The notes beneath the pieces were generated by a model. That model searched no databases and was not told the origin of the DNA. It worked only from the letters and a program-made list of their open reading frames with translations. A stretch of 64,000 bases of DNA from Flaccisagitta enflata (taxonomy: Eukaryota): positions 10,850,001 to 10,914,000 of the forward strand of contig OZ231126.1 of assembly GCA_965153355.1 (NCBI GenBank). The letters are read 5' to 3'. Below are positions 13,696 through 29,342 of this stretch, piece after piece (within the stretch, counting starts at the first letter, position 1; the number at the start of each line of letters is the position of its first letter). The position numbers were made by a program, and so were the translations under genes.

Positions 13696-14294
13696 CAGTA
13701 CGATGGGAGCAATGATGACCTAGACTGGAGGATAGATTTTAGGTATCTTAATCTTATTTTCATTGTGAAATGTTTGAGGTTTAAGCTAATTAAAGATTGC
13801 TCTATTGAGTGAAAATGTTTGTGTCTCATAAACTTAAACTTGCAACTTGACCTCATCAAAACTTAATTTTTCAAATATTTAACCTATCTCAACAATTTAG
13901 CTGGAAAATTTTATATAATTTTGAAAAAAAAATCAGCTCAATCGGTTAATTTTTGTAGGTTTTATGGCCGTTTTTAGTTTTACCTAAAAACTATTTTGCA
14001 TAATTTTTGCTTAATAAATATAGCGATAAAATCTATAAAAATAGTCTGATTCAGCTGATTTTTTATTCTAACTGTATAAAATTTTTCGCCTGATCTAATG
14101 AAATGGGAAAAAACCTTAAAAAATGAAGTGTTAATGAGGTCAAGTCACAAGTTGAAATTTGAGAAACGCAAATACATTCACTCAATAGAGCAACATTTAA
14201 TTAGCGTAGATCTCAAATATTTTAAAGTAAAAATAAAATTGTGATACTTAAAATCTATCCTCCAGTCTAGGTCGCCATTGCTCCCATCGTACTG
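13696..14294. mobile_element. Tc1/mariner-type palindromic MITE
   Basis: TA on both sides (13694-13695, 14295-14296). Long TIRs CAGTACGATGGGAGCAATG..CCTAGACTGGAGGATAGATTTT, and the interior is also largely self-complementary. Confidence 0.85.
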
Positions 14295-15247
14295 TAGGCC
14301 AGAATCAAGACCGCGCGGGTAGATTCTGGTGGACGAACTGGTTGAATTACCGAAATGTGTTCCAACTCCTGCTGTACTTTTATTATTTTGATTGTGCGTA
14401 GCAGTGTCAATGTATGTTTCGCAGTCTGCATGTTGTCTAATAAGATTGTTTCATGTTCAAAGAAATACAGATAAAAAGCTTTGAATAAAGATGGTTTAAT
14501 CATTCATGATTTGTATCAATCAATAAATGCTCGGCATAAGCCCAAATTACTGTTGAATGATGTGGGCTATTAGCGATTGGTCTCTTTAGCTAGTTAGGGT
14601 AACGTTTGATAGGTTCCCGAGCATCAAGAATAGAGAGAAACTTGAAATATTTGACCATTCCATTTATCAGTAGACTTTTAGTCGATTCCGTTCAGGACAC
14701 GGTACGCGTACTTTTGTAGCTAAGCGACTTTTTTCATTGTTGACAAACCATCTCGGGAACTTACAAGCAATTTTTCCCGATAAGTGGGATTGAGCCTAAT
14801 CACACCTGGTAAGGGAGAATATATTTCTTTTTCTCTCTTAGCGAGTTTACAGCTTTATCTATTTTTTTTCTTTTACCCAATTCGCTCCCCTACATCCCTC
14901 TTTTTAGGCAATTAAAGCTTGAAAACCACTGAATTTTGATTGCTTTATAAATTGATTTTTTATCTTTAGTAGGGAACTAAACAGGGGCAAACCAGGAAGA
15001 AAAAGAGTGAAAAAAAAGATGTAATTTTTTAATCACCTTTGCTATATCAAACATGAATTAATACGATTGGTATTTGATCAGTTTTCAATCAGAATTACTT
15101 GGAAACGCATTTTTGAGTGATCCTGTGATTTTTTTACGATGAATTTTGGAAAAAAATGAAAGAGAATAAAGGAGGGCCTCAAAAATCACCTCCTGAGGTA
15201 ATATCGAGGCCAACTCGCTAAAACACGCCATACCACCTTGTACATTA

Positions 15248-15497
15248 GCTTATGGAAAATTCAAATCTGTTTTCAAAAATTATTTTCTATGTGGCGAAGG
15301 ATGGCGAGAGCCCAGACTGTGAGCCTATCTCGAGCACAATTATGAGAATCATAAATACCATCATGAAATTGGCTTATGGAAAATTCAAATCTGTTTTCAA
15401 AAATTATTTTCTATGTGGCGAAGGATGGCGAGAGCCCAGACTGTGAGCCTATCTCGAGCACAATTATGAGAATCATAAATACCATCATGAAATTGGC
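15248..15497. repeat. Direct tandem duplication of ~125 bp
   Basis: GCTTATGGAAAATTCAAATCTG...CATCATGAAATTGGC occurs twice in succession, nearly identical. Confidence 0.9.
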
Positions 15498-17324
15498 ACA
15501 TAGAACAAACGCAAACTAGCTACATGTTGCGTGTCTATGGAAACGTCTTTTTAGATGCGTCCTCGTATCACTATAATAGGCTGTGTCCATCGGTTGGTTG
15601 GTCAGTCAGTTGGTTGGTTGGTTGGTTAGTAATGCATTCAATAAAAACATCAAAATCCTGCATTTTCTCAACAGTAACATGGTTCTACCCAGTAAAAGTA
15701 TCATACATACTATCTTCCAAAAAAAAATCTTTCAACCTCCGAATTTATTTTATTCATCAACTAAAAAGCCTATATTATCTAATTGCCAAGCAATCAATTC
15801 TTAATGTGGGCTTATCTTGACCTAATTTTGGCCGCCATTTGCCGGGGAAGTGATTTTTAGGGCCTCTTGAGGCACTCTTGGAGTGACAGTATTCCATGCA
15901 TTTTGCGCAATCACATATTTTTTCCCTTTTCAATCTTTGATTGACCGTAACTTTTAAACGGCTGAACCAATTTTGTTGGTGTAAAAAAGGATAAGATGCC
16001 CATTGAAAAACTCAACATTTTGGTCACCGATTTTTTGTTGATTCATCAAAAAACAAATGAGTATTGATTGTTTGAAAAGAAACAACTACCATAAAAGAAG
16101 TCAAATCGAGAATCCTGTAAGAGGAAGTCTTTTTAATTTAAGTGAGATAACTTCTATACCAATTAGGTTAGAGGGATGCGGTTTGCATGACTAGCTCGGA
16201 AATTTGAAGGGCTTCAATTTGGTTTTTTTGAAATTGGATGAATCGTTTAAGAGTAATTGTTCAAAATGTGCTGAAAGATTTTTTTTTTGAAGATAGTATA
16301 GTGATTCATTCGAAGATAGTATAGTGATTCATTCATTGAATCATTGATTTATTCATAAGTGACATTCATTCATATAAAAACTCTGCATTCATAATAAATT
16401 AAATAAAATATTCATTAGGACAGGACGCATCGTTAGCCTGCTCGGCCTTATTTTGTTTTAAAATGGAATTAGTGCGTAGTTCATACAGTTCAGGAATTTT
16501 CAATTTTTAGTCGCGGACACGCAACTCTTCACCTTGCCAGGTCGGTCGGTAGGTCGTTCCTTTGGTCCGTTTGTCATGTTTTTAAATTTCGAGCGATTTT
16601 TGCATTACTGCTCCTGCCCAACCGTCCGCGACTAGATTGCCGTGTTCCCGGCCTTCTTCAAATTGTAGTCGGTGGAGCAAGCTAGGTCCAACTGACGTAG
16701 CCCGTAAAGTAGCTACTATATCGTTGCCCACGGTCATGGAGAAAAAAAGTTCTAGCAGGTGTGCAGAAAGATGTTCATACACGCAAATGAGCAATTGAAT
16801 ATCAATAAACAGGCATTAATTTAGTGATTCTGTTGAGCGTGCACGCCTGGCACGCTCCTCACAATTATGCATAAATAAAGTTATTTCCTCAATTTTACAT
16901 GTTTGGATCGATTCTCATGATGACAGCGGTTTCTTTTTTTGTTGTGGACACGCAACTCTAAAAGAGGCTTTGTCTATCTGTTGGTCTCTCCGTTGATTTG
17001 TTGGTCTGTTGGTCACGCTCGAGTTGTCACATGTTCAAAACGTTGGATGCCCCTGCCCACCCGTCCAAAACGATATTTTAACCCCCCCCCCCCCCGTCAC
17101 TTGTTTATAGTCGGCTGCTACGCTTGGTTGTTCCGTCACACTCTACCTGTTTCTTTTTTTTGTATTTGCGGTCTTAGGTCTCGCTGTTTCTCTCTGAATG
17201 TTTTAATTACCTAAAATGCGGCCCCTGCCCACCTGTCTATGACTGGGGTAGCCTTGTATCCAGCCTTGTTGCTAGGTTCAAATCCAACTAAGTTGTGAGT
17301 GCGGGTCATAGCCTGCCCACGTGC

Positions 17325-17383
<59 letters not shown>

Positions 17384-17785
17384 GTGCGTGTGTGTGTTGT
17401 GCGTGTGCGTGTTGTGCGTGTGCGTGCGTGTGTGTGTGTATGTATGTGTGTCTTTAGTTGTACAATCTAAAATTAAACGGAAAATGTGGTTGTTTACCAA
17501 CTTTCAAACCGATGTAAATTTCCTGGTGAAAGATGACCTATCAATATAGTCAAAAATTCTACCAACATTCAAATTTTATCAATAACGGCCGGCCTAGGTG
17601 GTGCCAGCATCACCATCAGTATCCATATTAATTGTCTGGTACCTACTAATCTCGACTCATTGCAAGACACAGTATAGCTCCATTTTCTTGGAGAAAAAAA
17701 AATTGCCAGAAATTTAGGGGCAGATACCGCTCGCTTACACTACCCCAGGCGTTATGAAATGAGTCCCAAGTGTCATTAATGGCTG

Positions 17786-17870
17786 TCATTTGTGTGACAC
17801 ATGTAAATACGAGCCATTCCATGTGCTGGAGGCCTTATTCAAACATTTCAGCTGTTTTCGTATTAGTACC
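17786..17870 (-). CDS. Tentative last coding exon of the opsin (helix 8 and C-tail)
   Basis: The phase-2 join AG|G gives NKRFR-VLIRKQLKCLNKASSTWNGSYLHVSHK*, an amphipathic helix-8-like segment with a Cys. The acceptor has a poor pyrimidine tract. Confidence 0.4.
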
Positions 17871-18222
17871 CTATCTTTAGACGTTTCATGATAATTGTAG
17901 CATTGACTGAAATATGTGAAATAGAAGATTGGTTCTTGCACCTTTGATTTTGAGGCTGGATGACTGTATGAGTGGAGGTAATCAGAATTCTGAGAATGCA
18001 ATTACATAACCTAGGTGAGTATTTCATGACATGTCAATTTTTACCATGCATGCAAATATATTATTCAGTATGTCTTCTTTTTTACTTTCTTTCTTTCTTC
18101 TTTTTTCAAGTTTTTAATTTTTTTTGTCTGTCTCATTCTTTCTGTTTGCTTGTATGTCTGTGTATGTCTGTGTATGTCTGTCTGTGTGTTTCTTCCTCTC
18201 TCTCTGTCTCTCTCTGTCTCTC

Positions 18223-18290
<68 letters not shown>

Positions 18291-18394
18291 CTTTTTCTTT
18301 TTTTTTTCTTTTTTTCTTTTCTTTCTTCCTTTTTCTTCCTTCTCTTCCTTTGGTGTCCTGATTAACTTTGGTGTCCTGACAACAGGACTTCCAT

Positions 18395-18468
<74 letters not shown>

Positions 18469-18594
18469 TGTGTGTGTGTGTGCGTGCGTGTGTGTTTGTC
18501 TTAAAAATACGGTGTGTGCATATCTGTGTGGGGGGGTCTGCGTGCGGGTGAATTTCAAAACATTCATCAACACATATTTTGCCACTTAACGCAC

Positions 18595-18760
18595 CTAAAT
18601 CTCTTGTTGGTTCCTACGTATAAGATAGGATCTAAAGTTGCTTGAGTCTTAGCAAAAATGGGAGTGAAACATTGGAAGAACATCGGAATGCTGTTCGGGT
18701 CACCGAAAGCGTTGATGAAGGCCGTCAGAGCGTAGGGCGTCCACGCCACCACGAACGCCA
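18595..18760 (-). CDS. Opsin exon, TM6-TM7 with retinal-binding lysine
   Basis: AFVVAWTPYALTAFINAFGDPNSIPMFFQCFTPIFAKTQATLDPILYVGTNKRFR. K296 equivalent in FAKT, plus DPILY and NKRFR. AG/GT boundaries. Confidence 0.93.
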
Positions 18761-18761
18761 C

Positions 18762-19212
<451 letters not shown>

Positions 19213-19278
19213 ACTTTAGGACTGGCAGACAGCGAAACTAACAAAGACAGTCACAGTAAACATCATCTTAATTCTTAC

Positions 19279-19384
19279 ATAAAAGTGCGATGCAAGTTTT
19301 CAGCATCTTCTTTTCTGCTGCCAAGTTTTTCTTTCCTTTCTCCGAATTGATGTCCCAAACACCATTACGGGCCACGTTTCGAAT
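19279..19384 (-). CDS. Opsin exon, ICL3 to start of TM6
   Basis: ttatag acceptor and gtaaga donor. IRNVARNGVWDINSEKGKKNLAAEKKMLKTCIALL. Phase 0 in and phase 1 out, matching the neighbouring exons. Confidence 0.88.
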
Positions 19385-19567
19385 CTATAAAGTTAAGAAA
19401 TGAATGAATGAATGAATGAATGAATGAATGAATGAATGAATTAATGAATGAATGAATGAATGAATGAATGAATGAATGAATGAATGAATGAACCCCCGAA
19501 GATGCGAACAAAGCAGAATCTTGCGTCAGTTTCTGCATTTTTGTCCTCATTTTCTCTACATGAATAA

Positions 19568-20526
19568 CCTTGGGGAAATAAAAAATGGCGGATTTTTAAA
19601 ACCTTTCTTCCGAACCTCAAAATAAGAAAAAAAGGTTAAAATTGGTGATGCCTGGAAAGCTCTTCGAAAGATCTTTCATTTGAGCTGTGTCTGGAATTTC
19701 TAGCCCAAATGGTTTGGAAGCTACATTGATTTGAATAAGGTTACTCATTTTCGGGTCTTCCCGTATCTCAATGAAAAGGAACTGGAAAAAAATTTAAAGT
19801 CCTTAAGCTGATAGAAGACTAAGTCCGATTGCCACAAAAATTTAAGTGGTAATTAGGTTGTCTGTCTTCTCATGCCAGTTCAATTTTTGTGTTAATCGGG
19901 TGATTTTCACTATGGCTGTCATTCTTTTTTTATTCCAGATCTCAGAAAAAAGCACTAAAATTGACATCCTTTGCTTCAGTTGCATTTATTTCACTACTGT
20001 CTTAACAAAACATTTTCTTTGATGATCCAACCTAAACATCTTTTCCAGAGCTTCAAAATCATCATGAATTTGATGTGAATTTTGTCAAATTTTCATGGTC
20101 AAAATGATTCAAAAAGAGACCGGTTGTTATCGCATAAACTCGATTTTTTCTTGAAAATTTTCAAATCTTTTTCATGATAAAAAGGATAGAAAAAATTGTC
20201 CGATTTGAATAATTTTTTAGGAGCTGTTAGATGAAGGTATGTATTGGTTTCAGTTTAAGTTTTATCCAAATCAGAGAAGGTCTACTATGGTTTTTGGATA
20301 TTTATTTTTGAGCAATCATTCTTGACATGAGGTCAGAGCAGAAAACTGGTAGTGTCATTCAATTAGCTCTAGCTTTTAAACGGTTTGAGCCAGAGTTCCC
20401 AGACACAACTCAAATGAAAGATCTTTCGAAGAGCTTTCTAAACATCACTGATTTTGATTAGTTTTTCTCAATCTAAGGTAGATAGAATTAGATTTCAAAA
20501 TTCCGCCATTTTTTATTTCCCCAAGG
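19568..20526. mobile_element. piggyBac-like MITE in an opsin intron
   Basis: TIRs CCTTGGGGAAATAAAAAATGGCGGA, flanked by ATAA and TTAA. An additional internal inverted block GAAAGCTCTTCGAAAGATCTTTCATTTGAG. Confidence 0.75.
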
Positions 20527-20588
20527 TTAAGGAATGAATGAAGGAATGGATCATTGAATGAATGAATTGCTGACGGAACCTGACATAC

Positions 20589-20725
20589 CGTTGAATAAAC
20601 GAAGTAGTAACAGAACACTGCTATAAAAAGCGGGATGACGAAGTTGAGGAGAAAGATCATGATGATGTAAGATCGATCTCCAGAGTCCCGACTGAACCAA
20701 TCGATACCACATGTTGTCATTGGGC
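20589..20725 (-). CDS. Opsin exon, ECL2-TM5
   Basis: G|GC join, then PMTTCGIDWFSRDSGDRSYIIMIFLLNFVIPLFIAVFCYYFVYST and a gtatgt donor. An alternative in-frame donor lies 9 nt further on. Confidence 0.92.
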
Positions 20726-20981
20726 CTTAAATGGATAAAACGAACGAATGAGTAGTTGTTTTATCAATTAATGAAATCCCGACTTAATAAGTCAGTACCA
20801 CATGTCTTGATTGGATCTCAAATGGATGAAGAGAATACTTCATTGGTCCTTCAATGGATAATTAGAAATTTAGAATGAAAGATTGTTGTATTCGATGGTT
20901 CCATGAATCAAGTCCTTACTAAACCAATCAATGTCATGTGTCGTCATTGGTCCTTCAAATGAAGCATCCAACAATCTAATG

Positions 20982-21024
<43 letters not shown>

Positions 21025-21067
21025 TTCTTTGCCGTGCATTTGTGTGTGGGAGGTTGAGCTTGCTTAC

Positions 21068-21250
21068 CCTCTGGAACGTATTGGTTCCACCCTAAAAATG
21101 GGAAGAAAGCGATGAGAATGGCAATTCCCCAAACAACCCCTACGCACATCTTCGCTTTGGCTTGGTTCAACTTCATCGGCGACATTGGCCGAGTGATGCA
21201 AATGTATCGATCGATCGCCACGACGGCAACGGTGTTAATTTGCACAATAC
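21068..21250 (-). CDS. Opsin exon, TM3 (DRY)-TM4-ECL2
   Basis: acacag acceptor, phase 1. (G)IVQINTVAVVAIDRYICITRPMSPMKLNQAKAKMCVGVVWGIAILIAFFPFLGWNQYVPE(G). gtaagc donor. Confidence 0.93.
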
Positions 21251-21294
21251 CTGTGTCATAAGAGTGTTGATTAGTAGGAACACCTGGTACAAAA

Positions 21295-24206
<2,912 letters not shown>

Positions 24207-27200
24207 GTACAAAATGGTGATTATAGGGAGAAATGGAGAATACTTATGAAGGTTGGACAACGTAACTTCATACTAAGCTTTCACAATAGTGTTCATTCGT
24301 CACAATAGTGTTTATTTGTTGAGATATGATTGACACAATGGCTCTAACTTTTATACTTATAGTTCTCAGGCCTCTTAATTCCGCTCCTAATTTCTATCGA
24401 GAAAAAATTTCCCCTAAACGCTGCCAACTTTAAAGGAAAGCCGCCCCACCCCCCTCAGGGACCTAATGTTAGTCACTTGTGATATCATTGGGTAGATAGA
24501 CTGTCTGTTCTCGATACAATTCAACCTGCTGAGTAGATTTTTTATACTTGCCACTTTACAGCGTTTATAGTCACTGTGATCAAATTTCCTAGCCATCATG
24601 GTAGCTCAACTTCACTTAGGATCCCCACAAACTTCAGCTTCCTTGACTAAGCTGAGTCAGGCCCCGGGGCTCTAACAGGCAATGACTGTCACCACCATAG
24701 AGTAGTAGAGTACTCATGACTCAACAACGGACACAATCTCACCACCCACGCGTTTTTTCAAATATTCATCCATCAGTAACAAGTGACACGGGGTCACAAT
24801 ATCGTTGCAGATGGGTGGGCAGGGGCAGTCAACCTGTTGTGCCGGCTTGGACGCATCCTGCTTGGCCTTGCCCTTCTTTCCTTTAGCCTTACCTCTCTCC
24901 CCGACCTCGTGTGAAGCTCACTGCTGACATTAGCCAGTGAGAGCCCTAGAGCTGCTGACAGAAGCCTGTGATAGGTGGACAGACTTACCTTTCCATGGAG
25001 CTGTTACGTCATTGGATATCATTGCTTGTTGCTGTACTTACCATTGCCTATTTATACCCGTCTCTCCCCTTTCAAGGGGCTCTTGTCATTGATGTCTTCT
25101 GATATGTCACTAGTCACTGATACTCTGGGTCATTATATACATTGATATTAAAGAGGTTATATTGGCTTATATCTGTCTTTTTTCCTTTATCACTGGGGGC
25201 TGGGTTAGTTCATAGGATTATGGATACTTCCTCCTTCCACCCCCCCCCCCATCATTATCATCCTTAGTTATCCCGGGGTCCACTCAGAGCAGAGGCAGAG
25301 CAGAGGCCCCCTTCAGTATCCAGTTACCCGAGGAGCGTCGCTTTGCTCCTTACAGTTGGCGCATCGGCCAAATTTTCTCCTGTCCCGTCAGGGGGAAGGC
25401 CTGTGCTGGGTGGCGAGAAATTATTCATGTAATCCGACGCAAATGTTTTTAGTCGCGTTCGCGACTCTACAACCTGCTTTGTTGGTCGGTCGGTCGGTTG
25501 GTCGGTCACACTTTACTTTTTTTTATGATTTTATCTCTTTGACCTCCCTGCTCCTGCCAAAATGGTCTGGTGACCTCAAATATGGCCCCTGCCCACCCGC
25601 ACGCGACTTCGGTAGCCGTGTATCCGGCCTTTTTTATTTTTGAGTGGCCGTAGCCACGATGTTAAGGGATAAGTTCACGGAGTTCCCAGTTTTTATCTCT
25701 CTGTGGGTAAATTTCGAAGTCTGGCGCCCTTAGACTCGCGGGCCAGCTATACTTTTAAGTCAATGGGTGGATGTCCATACCACATTTATTCAGCTTCTTT
25801 GATGAGGTGGCAGCTCTAGAAGTCTCCAATAGATACTTGGGATGTTTTTTTAGTAGTAGCATTCATCTTGGATACCGTTTCCGTTTACCCAAGTCCCTTC
25901 CCCTAGCAGAAAAGCGCTATCTGCAGGCTAGGAACCCAGTCTGAGTTATTTTACCCATCCTTTTCCCCCTCTTTTCCTCTATCTGTCTTCCTCTTAAGTA
26001 TTTTATTTATATGATATATGGGTATGATATCAGTTTTTTTCCTTGTTTTTAGTCGCGTGCACGCGACTCTGTCTGCTTTGTCCGTCCATCCGTCGGTTGG
26101 TCGGGTTGGTCTGTCGGTCCGTCACACTTTTACTTTTTTGATCAATTTTATTTCTTTGAGTCATTTTAAAAATTTTTAGGGTATACTAAGTTATTCTAAG
26201 TCATTCTAAGTTGTTCTAAGTCAATCTGTAAGTCTCGCACGCGACTTATAGGTGTTGGCCTTGTTATTTTTTCGTCCTGGTTGGCTAACCCAACTGGGTC
26301 TTTTTTTTATCGATTTGTAATTGAATTTTTTTTCATATATTACCCATCTCCATTTTCAATTCGTTCTATGTAGCAGCAGTCGAGGAATAGGCTTTTCAGC
26401 CCCCTCTGCACCTTAGTGTATACGGCGATGATACGTCATGATTTTGTTTACAGGTTAGCCTTAATATTCTTTTTTTTTTTTTTGTTGCTGGCTCTGTCTT
26501 GGCCGTGTTGGAAAGGCGGGCCATGTGTCACGTCTTGCCAAAGGCCTCGGGTCAGCAAGTAACTAATTTCTTTGTCCTTTTTTTTTTTTGGCCGTGTCTG
26601 TACGTTTTATTCGCGTACTGCGGGATATTTTGCATTGCTCTATCTATGCGTCGATCAAATTAATTGGCGGTCCGTCCGTTTGTATCTGTGGTACATTACT
26701 GTGGTGTTGTTGAGGTGGCGGCACCTTCCAGCGTAGAGGCGGACAGAGCACGAGTTGCTCCTGCCGGCCGTTCGCACGCACTGGATATCATTCAGAGCTT
26801 GTTTTCAATTGTGGGTTTTTTTCGACAGTTTTTTTTTCTCCCTACGATTGCAAGCCGAAATAATAGGATTCATTCTCCTTTCTTATTTTTTGTGTTTAAT
26901 GCAATCCTGAATTGCATCCCAATATCATTATCAATCTCAACTGACGCCTGCCGACAATAAAAGTGAATAAAAGTGAATTAGAAAATTCATTGATGTCGCG
27001 GTCTACAACGTAAATCGACGCTCGCTGACGGCGTGATTCAACGCTCGCTGATGGCGTAGTTCGACGCTCGATGATGGCGTAATCCAAAGCTCGCTGAAGG
27101 CGTAATCCGACGCGCGCTGACGGCACATTACTGAAGCAATTCTACAACCGCTGATGGCGTATTCCTGCTGTTGGCGTCGTCGAGTGGATCGCTCTGCTTC

Positions 27201-29070
27201 AGCTGAAGACGTGGTAAACGCTCGACGATGCCGTATTCCGGTTGTCGACCTCCTCAATCAGCCAACACTCTATTGTGAAGATTCCGACTTTGGACATCCA
27301 TCTAAACACTCAGATAAGAGTTCATGAATAATGTAATGCGAGTGAGTGTGAAATATATTCTGACTATATCCAATTTTTAATTCAAGAAGAAAAAAAATAT
27401 TTTCGGCTTTTAAGAGGACAGATATCATAGCTTAATGGCTTAATGGTGCTATTGGCTGCTTCTGGCAAACCCGACGATTGTTCTTTTTTTGATCTTTAGC
27501 CCGTGCCCTACTTTGTACGTGTTTGTTTCAAGCAAAGTTTGGTCGGTCTGTAAGTTATATACCCACTTTGCCACAATTGGGCTCATGTCAAATCTATGCC
27601 CCCCCCCCCATGCCGTGTACATTGTCCGTTGCTTTCTTTCAGTTTGCAGAAAGGGTAGAAGCATTCAGGAAGTTGACTGCGCTGCTTCAGTCTGTCCGTT
27701 TTGAATTGCATGATCATGCGCATTTTTAGGATTGAAACACGCGTGGTTTTTTTTTCCTCTAGCATCCTATGTTGTAGTTTAGACTGAATGGCAACGGATT
27801 TTCCAAAGAAATCCGATGGTGGGCAAATTTTTTGCGCCGAGAATGAATTTGAAACAGCTCTATTCCCGAGACAGACGACGAGTGTCGCCATCAAAAAAGG
27901 ACAATAATGTAAAAGCATTCAAGCAGTAAAATTTTTCATGTATCACACAGAGTCCACTTTTCTCTTCCGTTTCGAGTTTCTTTTCTTTCGCATTTTCTTT
28001 CTTTCGCTTTTGTCTGTTTTCACTGATCCCTCATAAATCCAAGTTTTTTGTTAATTGCGACATAGGGCTTTAATGTTTAGAATAGTTTTGCATCCAGTTT
28101 TTGATATTTTTTTTAAATCTTAACTTGGATCGCCAATTCCGCCCAATTCCGGTATCCCGGACCTGGATTCCGGAAGCTGCCTGACTTTTTTTTCTTTGGC
28201 GCCATGTACTCATTTCCCCCCTTATTTGGTTAAACATTAACGATTGCGAGATAGTCACAGTAAAATGGAAAAGAGTTTGTCAATTATCAATGATGGCAAT
28301 GTTTTGAAATAGTAGTAGGATGTTTTTTTCCCTCATATCTAGTCAATAGTCATTCCACAACAGGAGGAATATTTTAGGGCACCAACATGGTAAGCATTAA
28401 GCATGCTTGCAATACAGGGTGTTTCATATCAACTGGCTTTCTCCATCACGCTTCTAAAAAACAAGGCACTCGGCTTTTAAAACACTTCTGAGTGATAAGT
28501 CATAAAACAGTGGGTTTTTCCGCAGATTTGTGTGGTAAAAGAGTGCAATAACTTATCAAGAGTAAAAACAAAATCACTCCCCTAGCGCTTTTTGAGTAAT
28601 CATCAAAATAAGCAAAAAATTGGATCTATTTTCAATGCAGATTCTACTGAGGCGTGTTGACTTAATTTTTGACTCCATGTTGTTAATCGATGCAAAATTC
28701 CCTTTCATTTGATAGGTCGCACTCTATACGTTTTCAAAGAATTTAGATTTAAATTTCTTGAGTCACCGTTACAAAAAAACAACGGTGGCTCAAAATATGA
28801 AATCTTTATTTCTGCTTCAAACCATATAGTGTGACCTATCAAATGAAAGGGAATTTTGCATAGAATAACAAAATGGAATCAAAAAATGAGTTAATACAAC
28901 TCAAAAAAATCTGATCTGATTTTATTTTTGCTAGTTACATGCTCTTACACCCCAATACTACACAAAAATGCAGAAAAACCCACTGTTATATGACTTTTCA
29001 CTCAAAATTCTTTAAAAGCACAGTGCGACTAGAAGCTTTTTTTCTCTCCTGCCGCGGCTCAGGCAGGAGC

Positions 29071-29342
29071 AGTAATGTGGGTGAGCATGGGCAGAATTGC
29101 GGTTGGGCTGGGGCGGTATGTGTGAGGGCGGGGCGGTGATGTGGGCAGATGTTTAGCCGATAGTAATGTGGGTGAGCATGGGCAGTATTCCGGTTGGGCT
29201 GGGGCGGTATGTGTGAGGGCGGGGCGGTGAAGTGGGCAGATGTTTAGCCGATAGTAATGTGGGTGAGCATGGGCAGTATTCCGGTTGGGCTGGGGCGGTA
29301 TGTGTGAGGGCGGGGCGGTGAAGTGGGCAGATGTTTAGCCGA
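29071..29342. repeat. 90-bp minisatellite (3 units) inside a HINE-like element, mirrored at ~59530-59800
   Basis: AGTAATGTGGGTGAGCATGGGCAG...GATGTTTAGCCGAT x3. Confidence 0.9.
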
